A DNA stretch of 27,077 nucleotides. It comes from Treponema sp. GTDB taxonomy: Bacteria; Spirochaetota; Spirochaetia; Treponematales; Breznakiellaceae. The stretch spans positions 1 through 27,077 of the forward strand of contig JAISND010000129.1 in NCBI GenBank assembly GCA_031276615.1, in the 5' to 3' direction. Under the pieces are notes generated by a model that saw only the letters and a program-made list of their open reading frames with translations, had not been told where the DNA came from and did not search any database. The position numbers were made by a program, and so were the translations under genes. Shown here piece by piece: positions 1 to 10,430 of this stretch; position 1 is the first letter of the stretch; each line of letters opens with the position of its first letter.

Positions 1-1
1 A

Positions 2-139
2 ATACCCGGCAACCTCAGGATTATCGACGCCCTGCTTGCCGGAAACTGGAACGAGAAGACCTTCCTGATAGCGCCGCCGGGGTTAAGCGTAAGCTTCGAG
101 GATTCCCTCACCACCGGCACGGCCCAGGGCGCCGGCTGA
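2..139 (+). CDS. 3' end of a DUF1638-like protein (partial, runs off window start)
   Basis: Frame 2 reads IPGNLRIIDALLAGNWNEKTFLIAPPG...GAG*, resembling the G-L-L-LL-G-W-FL-PG C-terminus of DUF1638 proteins; TGA at 137-139. Confidence 0.65.
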   Translation: MPGNLRIIDALLAGNWNEKTFLIAPPGLSVSFEDSLTTGTAQGAG

Positions 140-339
140 ACGGGAACACGGCAGGGACGGGAGACGCCGGGAAGCGGGCCGGCGCTTATGACAAAACCCG
201 GAAACTGGTAAAAGTCCGGATGCGGGACTGCGATTTCAGCGGGGCCATACGGCGGCCGGGTTTTGTTCCCGGCCCCGGCGGCGCCCTGATCCAGGGCATC
301 GGCGTTTACTTTGATATCAAGGGAAAATGAAGAATATTC

Positions 340-434
340 ACCACAGAGGACACATCAAACCGGAGATTTGCGATCACAGAGAAAAGGTGTCCCTGTGGTT
401 TTTTTCTCTCCACTCCTCTGTGTGCTCCTGTGTT
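340..434. repeat. Imperfect inverted repeat / REP-like CACAGAG cluster
   Basis: accacagaggacac (340-353) pairs with gtgtccctgtggt (387-399) with one indel; further cacagag/ctctgtg units at 375-381 and 413-434. Confidence 0.5.
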
Positions 435-451
435 TTATGTCAAGGGAATTT

Positions 452-1120
452 TGGACCTTACCCCCTCTGGCAGACACAAAGACAGGCGTGAAATACAACG
501 GAAGAGGAGAAAAAGACGGGAAAGAAAGACAAAGAACGGTGGGTATAACCCGAAGGAATTCAAGGCTGAAGCGATAGCGCCGGCTGAAAAGCACGGGAAA
601 CCGGTACGCCGGGCAGCCGCGGGATGAAGAAGTATCCCGCCTGCGGAAAGAAAACAAGACGCTGCGGGAGGCGCTTCGCCGGGAGTACGGCAAACGGGCA
701 AGCCGCAAGAAAGTGGCGCGATTGATGCGGGAAAACGGCTTGCACGCCCGGCAGAGGCGGAAATTCATCCCCACGACCAACCCGGACCACGGGCTTGAGG
801 TCTGCGAAAACCCGTTGAACCGTAAGTTTCAAGCCGGAGGGACCGGAGAGAAATGGGTATCTGACATCACCTGTCTGCGCACGACCTCCGGCTGGGTGGT
901 CCTTGACCTTTTTGACCGGAAGGTCATTAAAACCCTCAAACGGGAGCTGGAAACCCCGGACGGTAACCATTCGGCAGGGGAGGTCAGACAATCGGTGTTC
1001 ATGTATCTTGAGGCATATTATAATCGGGTTCGGCTTCATTCGGTACCGACTATGTAGCGCCTGATGTGTTTAACTCAGGGCAAGTCGCTTAATAGTGTCT
1101 ACCCAACGGGGTAAAGTCCA
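452..1120 (+). mobile_element. IS3-family element, internally deleted (669 bp)
   Basis: 28-bp terminal IRs with TG...CA ends: tggaccttaccccctctggcagacacaa (452-479) and tagtgtctacccaacggggtaaagtcca (1093-1120); IS3 orfA/orfB fragments inside; no target duplication visible. Confidence 0.9.
521..1057 (+). pseudogene. IS3 transposase orfA/orfB remnants
   Basis: KEFKAEAIAPAEK (orfA HTH), EEVSRLRKENKTLRE (orfA end), RKKVARLMRENGL, EKWVSDIT, VLDLFDRKVI joined directly to KTLKRELE, YLEAYYNRVRLHS; the central rve segment with the second Asp and the Glu is missing. Confidence 0.88.
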
Positions 1121-1143
1121 TCCGGCGGCGGGGGAACCCAGGT

Positions 1144-1178
1144 AATGAATAATTAAGAATGAACAGTGAAAAATGAAG
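1144..1178 (+). repeat. Degenerate heptamer tandem repeat x5
   Basis: aatgaat-aattaag-aatgaac-agtgaaa-aatgaag. Confidence 0.6.
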
Positions 1179-1184
1179 GGAGGG

Positions 1185-1220
1185 AAAGGCCGTCCTTGGC
1201 GGGGCGGCCTTTTTTGTTTT
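1185..1220 (+). terminator. Rho-independent terminator
   Basis: aaaggccgtcc / gggcggccttt 11-bp stem with one G-U pair, 6-nt loop, followed by tttgtttt. Confidence 0.75.
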
Positions 1221-1485
1221 ATACATCATCGAATAAAAGCGGCTGGTCTACATCTTCCATCAGGTGGAACTTTTTGAGTATCGCCTTTTGAAGCGGCGAT
1301 TTGTGGCAATGACACATGCAAGGTGGCGTTTTTCGTTTGTAGCGGCTTTTTCCCGCATAAATGCGGCAGTCTATAACCGCTATGCTGTTGTCGGTATTGA
1401 TACACTGAAAACCGTGTATCAATTCTTTTCTGTCTCTGAAAGACATATTTCTTTTGTTTTCTTTTAATATCTCCGGAATGAACAT
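1219..1485 (-). CDS. Hypothetical 88-aa AT-rich ORF, possibly a remnant
   Basis: ORF track; AT-rich compared with the flanks; no family recognised; starts 2 nt from the IS630 TA site. Confidence 0.3.
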   Translation of the reverse strand: MFIPEILKENKRNMSFRDRKELIHGFQCINTDNSIAVIDCRIYAGKSRYKRKTPPCMCHCHKSPLQKAILKKFHLMEDVDQPLLFDDV

Positions 1486-1517
1486 ACTAATGTTCCGTCC
1501 AAGACATTAGACGATAT

Positions 1518-1638
1518 TAGACTTGTTCAATAACCCGGGTGGTGATTTCACAAGTCTTGCAATTTCTCGCCGATGGCTACGAAATTGCGTTATTTTTTGC
1601 GGTTGTTGTTTAAAAACTGAAGTTTTTAAACAACTCTA
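1518..1638. mobile_element. MITE (~120 bp, TA-flanked) nested in IS630
   Basis: Ends tagacttgttcaataac (1518-1534) and gtttttaaacaactcta (1622-1638), 14/17 inverted match; internal IRs gcaatttc/gaaattgc and a 14-bp-arm palindrome at 1605-1634; its removal restores the transposase end ...AYNNIV*. Confidence 0.8.
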
Positions 1639-2704
1639 TTATAAGCCTGCCGTGCTTTGGCAATGGAGGCAAGGATTTTATCAGCCGGCTTGGTCCAGGT
1701 GAAAGTCCGGCCCGACCGGTTCCACCCCTCGATAAAGCTCCGGATAGCCTCAATCAATCGCTTTACCGATTCCCGGCTCTCCCGCCGTATCCGTTTGTTC
1801 GTCAGTTCCCCAAACCACCGTTCTACCATGTTCAGCCACGATGAATGGGTCGGTATGAAATGCAGTACAAACCGTTTTGCCTTCCCCTCAAGATACTTTT
1901 TCGTCTCTTCCGACTTATGCGCGGAGTAATTATCAATGATGATGTGCAGCGCCTTCCCCTGTTCGCATGCGTTGTCCGGTTTTTCAAGAAACCCGATGAA
2001 GTCCTTGCTGTTATGGCTCGCCTTACATTCACCGGTGACATTTCCGGTAAGCATATCCAGCGCCGCAAACAGGGTCGTCGTTCCGTGCCGGCAGTAATCA
2101 GCGCTGTGCCCCGCCGGAACATGCGGCAGAAGCGGTAACAATGGGGCGCTCCGTTCCAGCGCCTGTATTTGCGACTTTTCGTCCACGTACAGAACTATCG
2201 CGTTGTCAGGCGGATTCATATACAGCCCCGCCACATCGGTCAGTTTTTCCCCGAAATGCCGGTCGGTGCTGAACCGGAACTCCTTTTCCGGATGCGGTTT
2301 TATCCCCCGTTCCCGGAGGATAGTGTTGACCGTACTTTTACCCGGCGAAAACCGTTTCGCCAGGGCGCGGGTACTCCAATGGGTCCGTCTTTCGGCTTTT
2401 CCGTGCACGCCGCGGTACAAACCCGGTTTTTTACCGCTTCGCTGACCGGCGGCGTACCGCTTTTACGGGTTTTATCCCGTAAAAGCAATTCCAGGCCGCC
2501 CCGGTTATAGCGGTTGATGAAGGAACTGACGGTCGCCCGGTGTATCCCGACCCCGCAGGCGACCCCGGCCACCGATTTTCCGTTTGCCCTGCGCAACACG
2601 GTTTGCAGCCGTATGGCGTATTTATACATGATATTCCCGGCTGCCAATACTTTTTCCATGAGCGCTTTGTCTTCCGGCACTATGTCCGGCACTACGCTTT
2701 TCAT
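1626..2704 (-). pseudogene. IS630 transposase, frameshifted
   Basis: N-terminal HTH in 2300-2704 and DDE half in 1626-2420 (YVDEKSQ, IIIDNYSAH, WLNMVERWF); KDG|THWSTR junction is one base short at ~2384. Confidence 0.9.
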
Positions 2705-2931
2705 ACGCTCGTTGTAACATTTCCGGGCCGTCTTGTCGCTATATCGCCATTTGTCTCGGACGGAACACTAGTACCCCGATTGGACTAAAAATATGGTCAA
2801 GAGGAAACCACGACGAAGCTCCGGTTCGACCACACTGACATCTGCATGAAATTCCTGTTTTCATCCGCGAGCTTCGCGGTTTCCCGGCTCTTTGCTGAAA
2901 CCGGGAATTGCCGCGGAATACGGGCAAAGTG

Positions 2932-2960
2932 TTGTAAGAAAGGGTAAAGCCGGTTAAAAT
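2932..2960 (+). promoter_or_regulatory. Sigma70-type promoter
   Basis: TTGTAA (2932-2937), 17 bp, TAAAAT (2955-2960); ATG begins 7 nt after the -10 hexamer. Confidence 0.65.
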
Positions 2961-2966
2961 GTCTGT

Positions 2967-4826
2967 ATGAAGAAGAAAAGGATATTTTTCACTGCTCTGC
3001 TGGTTTCGGCTTCCTTTCTCGGCGCGCAGCAATTTAACTCCGTTCCCCTTGATCATGACGCCTATAATGTAATCGACCTTGCGGTCCTCAAGGGTATTGT
3101 CTCGCCCCTGCCTTCGGCAAAGCCCTGGCCGGAATATACAGTCAGGGCAAAGCTCGGGGAAATTCTGGATGATCCCGCCGACACCCTCAGCCCCGCGGAA
3201 TACGCCATTGTATCCAATATCCTTGCCTCCTTTGAACGGAAAGAGGGCCTTGATTTCCGGCGGGGAAGGTATCACAGGGAAAACGCCCTGGGGGGGCACC
3301 GTTTTTCCATTGAGACCGGCGTCAACTGGGACAGCTGCTTTAACGTCAGCGCCCCCGACCCGGCCATCGCAAGCGTCAACATGGGGAAGCTCTATCTTAC
3401 CGGCGATATGGGGGAACACTTTTCATGGAATTTCGATGTCCGGGGAGGTTTCTTCAGCATCGGCAGGGAAGAGACGGGGCGGCGCGAGAACGCGCCCTAT
3501 GTGGATCCCAAATACGGAGAGTACGACGGCAACCCCAACAGCGAAGGCCACACCTATTACTACGATATTCCGGAGCCGGGTACTTCGCCGGTATACGATA
3601 TCCCCGCCTATTTTCCCTACACCTTTACCAAACCCTGGGATGCGGCGGTAATGCCCCCCTCGGATCTGGGGGGCTACCATGAATGGCCGGATGAATTTGC
3701 CTTTGGATACGAGATGATCTCCGAACTGAACGCCAGCCTTTTTGAAAACCGGATGACCCTCCGCTTCGGCAGGATGCGCCGCGACTGGGGCCCCGAATCG
3801 AACGGCACAAGCCTGTTCATGAATTCCCGGGCGCGTCCCTTTATGGCCTTTGAGGGAACCGCCGTCCCCGTAAACTGGCTGCGCTTTTCCTTTCTTACCG
3901 GCGCGCTGGAATACCTCAAGGGCGCGAATCAATGGGAGGACGCCGACCCTTACCAGAATCTTTTTTCCCTCGCCTGTGTGGAATTTGATACGGGAAAACA
4001 TTTTCATTTTGACTTCGGCAGCGCCACCGTCTGGCCCAAGCGCCTTGACCTGGGTTACATCTTCCCCATAAACAGCAACTTCTTTTATCAGAACAACGTA
4101 GGCGACTTTGACAACCTTGCCCTCTTCGCCGACCTGGAACTCAGGTTTCCGGGCATCGCGAAAATTTGGGGTTCCCTCTATGTTGATGAAGTAAACCTAA
4201 GCCACGGCCCCTTCCTTCATCTGGACAGGCAGATGTACGCCTATCAGGGCGGCGTCAAGGCAAATATCCGCTGGCTGCCCTTTGCCTCGCTCACCCTGCG
4301 TTATACCAAAGTTGAACCTTACTGTTATACGCACGAGTATACGGAAACTCCCTGGAACCGGGTTCCGACGGATACCTCCTACCTCAACAACGGCGAATCC
4401 CTTGGCTTCTACCTGCCGCCGAACAGCGACGAATTCCTCATCCGCCTCGATTCGATGATCCTCCCCGAATTAAAGGCGCATATCCAGTATCAGATGATCC
4501 GCCACGGCGTGGAGTACGGTTACGGCAGGGTCGACGGTTCTTCCCTTTACGACAAGATCGTCAAGGACGACGATTCCACCAAGTATTTCCTGATGGACGG
4601 CGTGTACCGGTGGGACAATGTGATTAAACTGGGCGGCTCCTACAGTTTCGGGAACCGCGGCATACCCCTTGCGTTTTACGCGGAAACGGGCCTGGTGATT
4701 ACCCGCTTTACGATTAACGGCAGCGCCGGCATCGGCGAAGAGGGCGATTACGAACCCCTCGACAACGCGGTATACCGGGCGGGTACGGGCTTTATCTTTT
4801 CAATCGGCTTCAGGCTGTACCCTTGA
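2967..4826 (+). CDS. Secreted/outer-membrane protein, capsule-assembly Wzi-like beta-barrel (619 aa)
   Basis: Signal peptide MKKKRIFFTALLVSASFLGA; N-terminal helical part with KPWP; RFGRMRRDWGP..SLFMN..ARPF motif typical of Wzi-family proteins; aromatic-rich alternating strands; C-terminus GFIFSIGFRLYP. Confidence 0.6.
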   Translation: MKKKRIFFTALLVSASFLGAQQFNSVPLDHDAYNVIDLAVLKGIVSPLPSAKPWPEYTVRAKLGEILDDPADTLSPAEYAIVSNILASFERKEGLDFRRGRYHRENALGGHRFSIETGVNWDSCFNVSAPDPAIASVNMGKLYLTGDMGEHFSWNFDVRGGFFSIGREETGRRENAPYVDPKYGEYDGNPNSEGHTYYYDIPEPGTSPVYDIPAYFPYTFTKPWDAAVMPPSDLGGYHEWPDEFAFGYEMISELNASLFENRMTLRFGRMRRDWGPESNGTSLFMNSRARPFMAFEGTAVPVNWLRFSFLTGALEYLKGANQWEDADPYQNLFSLACVEFDTGKHFHFDFGSATVWPKRLDLGYIFPINSNFFYQNNVGDFDNLALFADLELRFPGIAKIWGSLYVDEVNLSHGPFLHLDRQMYAYQGGVKANIRWLPFASLTLRYTKVEPYCYTHEYTETPWNRVPTDTSYLNNGESLGFYLPPNSDEFLIRLDSMILPELKAHIQYQMIRHGVEYGYGRVDGSSLYDKIVKDDDSTKYFLMDGVYRWDNVIKLGGSYSFGNRGIPLAFYAETGLVITRFTINGSAGIGEEGDYEPLDNAVYRAGTGFIFSIGFRLYP

Positions 4827-4838
4827 GGCCCGCGCGGC

Positions 4839-5654
4839 TCAGGGCAGGGGCCAAAGCATACGCCCGCTCAGGCCGACCTTCCCGCCTATGGAGACGCGCT
4901 GAACAGCGCCGCCCCGCCAGGAAACCCGCGTCTCGATAATCCCCCCCGGCTGGCTGACCATACAGGCCGCTTCTCCGTCACCCTGACGCCGGGTTTTCCA
5001 TACCGCCAGCGCGGCGGAACCGGAACCGCAGCTTGATTCAACAACCAGGGAACCGGTGCCATAGACATATACCGCGGGGCGCATACACGCGGCGGAGGTA
5101 TCGTAAAACAAAACCCCCAGGGCCGCGGGCCGGGCAAAGGCCCCCTCAAGTCCGGCCCGGATTCGGGCAAAGGTTTTTTCATCCGGGGGAATATCCGGGG
5201 CAATGACGTGGGTAATGCCGTCAAAAACATAGGCCGGAAGACGGCGCCCCTCAAAATCAAGGGTCTCCGCCGCCAGGGGGCCGGGAACTTCCACTGCCGC
5301 CCATCCCTCCTCTACCCTGACCCTCACCGGAAGCTCTTCCGTCACGCCGCTCATGCCGATTGCAACGGTCTGATCCCCCGAAAGCCCCTCTTCGCGGGCC
5401 ACGAAGAGGCCAAAACTCCGCGCCGCGTTCCCGCAGAATTCGCCGCCCATCATCCGGAGCCGCCACAGCCGCGCCGCGCTGCCGGCCGCGGAACCGCCGG
5501 GGGCCGCCGGTGGAATCACAAAACCCACCTGTTCGGCTTCCAGGCTTCTGTCCGCCAAAAGTTCCCGGGCCGCGGCGGCCCGGTCCGCGACGGGGTTCAG
5601 CACAAAAATCGTGATGTTTTTCGCCGGATCGGCAACAACAATTTCAAAATTCAT
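4839..5654 (-). CDS. PLP-independent racemase/epimerase, DapF fold, CntK/histidine-racemase-like (271 aa)
   Basis: DPAKNITIFV, EQVGFV, MMGGEFCGNA, GVLFYD, ESSCGSG, QPGG; two catalytic Cys motifs. Confidence 0.8.
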   Translation of the reverse strand: MNFEIVVADPAKNITIFVLNPVADRAAAARELLADRSLEAEQVGFVIPPAAPGGSAAGSAARLWRLRMMGGEFCGNAARSFGLFVAREEGLSGDQTVAIGMSGVTEELPVRVRVEEGWAAVEVPGPLAAETLDFEGRRLPAYVFDGITHVIAPDIPPDEKTFARIRAGLEGAFARPAALGVLFYDTSAACMRPAVYVYGTGSLVVESSCGSGSAALAVWKTRRQGDGEAACMVSQPGGIIETRVSWRGGAVQRVSIGGKVGLSGRMLWPLP

Positions 5655-5800
5655 CAGGTTTCAAGTTTACATTGTCCCCGGTTTGAAGTATAGTGAGCTG
5701 ATTTTAAAATTATGGTCCGGGATTATCACAATTTCGGACCCGGCCCGGTTTTTTTTGGAGGTCGGGAAAGGAGCCAAACCTGCCCGGTTTTTCCAATGAA

Positions 5801-5919
5801 ATGAAAAGGATAGCTGCTGTTCTGTTTTGCCTGGCTTTCATGGCGGGAACTGTTTTTTCCGGCGGAAAAAGAACCTTCTCTTCACTCCGCCCTACCTCAA
5901 GAACGCGCAGGTGATCGTG
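5801..5919 (+). pseudogene. Vestige of an amino-acid ABC transporter substrate-binding protein
   Basis: MKRIAAVLFCLAFMAGTVFSGGK (signal peptide, 5801-5869) joined out of frame to KNLLFTPPYLKNAQVIV (5869-5919), a family-3 SBP-like FTxPY motif; the first frame stops at 5914. Confidence 0.6.
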
Positions 5920-5933
5920 GCAAATGAACTTCC

Positions 5934-5985
5934 CCCGCCGAAAGGCGGGTTCTTGGGTACAATTTCACGCCGCTGTATAGCGGCG
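5934..5985. other. Tandem hairpins
   Basis: cccgcc-gaaa-ggcggg (5934-5949) and cgccgct-gtat-agcggcg (5968-5985). Confidence 0.55.
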
Positions 5986-6084
5986 CATATATCCTTCCTC
6001 TAATTGCCGGCCCAAAGGGCTGATTAGACCCCACCGCAATAAGGCGCAATTCGCCGGAACCGATGCGGGCCGCGGGTTCCCGGC

Positions 6085-10413
<4,329 letters not shown>

Positions 10414-10430
10414 CGTACTCTCCTCTGTCT

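Larger units (their letters stand above)
1490..2768 (-). mobile_element. IS630-family element with TA duplication in a CTAG site
   Basis: 17-bp IRs atgttccgtccaagaca (1490-1506) and tgtctcggacggaacac (2752-2768), 15/17 match; TA at 1488-1489 and 2769-2770; the empty site reconstructs to CTAG. Confidence 0.93.

Noticed and set aside
191-266. 11-bp inverted repeat acaaaacccgg / ccgggttttgt
   Set aside because: Too short, with no target duplication or second copy, to call an element.
1-330. Frame-1 open reading frame ending ...LIQGIGVYFDIKGK*
   Set aside because: Overlaps the better-supported DUF1638-like frame; no family recognised for the tail, though 184-330 could be a gene fragment.
2371-2420. 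Programmed -1 frameshift in the IS630 transposase
   Set aside because: No slippery heptamer or A-run at the junction; a single-base deletion explains it.
5968-5985. Same arms (swapped) and same gtat loop as the hairpin at 23890-23907
   Set aside because: 7-bp GC-rich arms in swapped order are plausibly coincidental in this composition.
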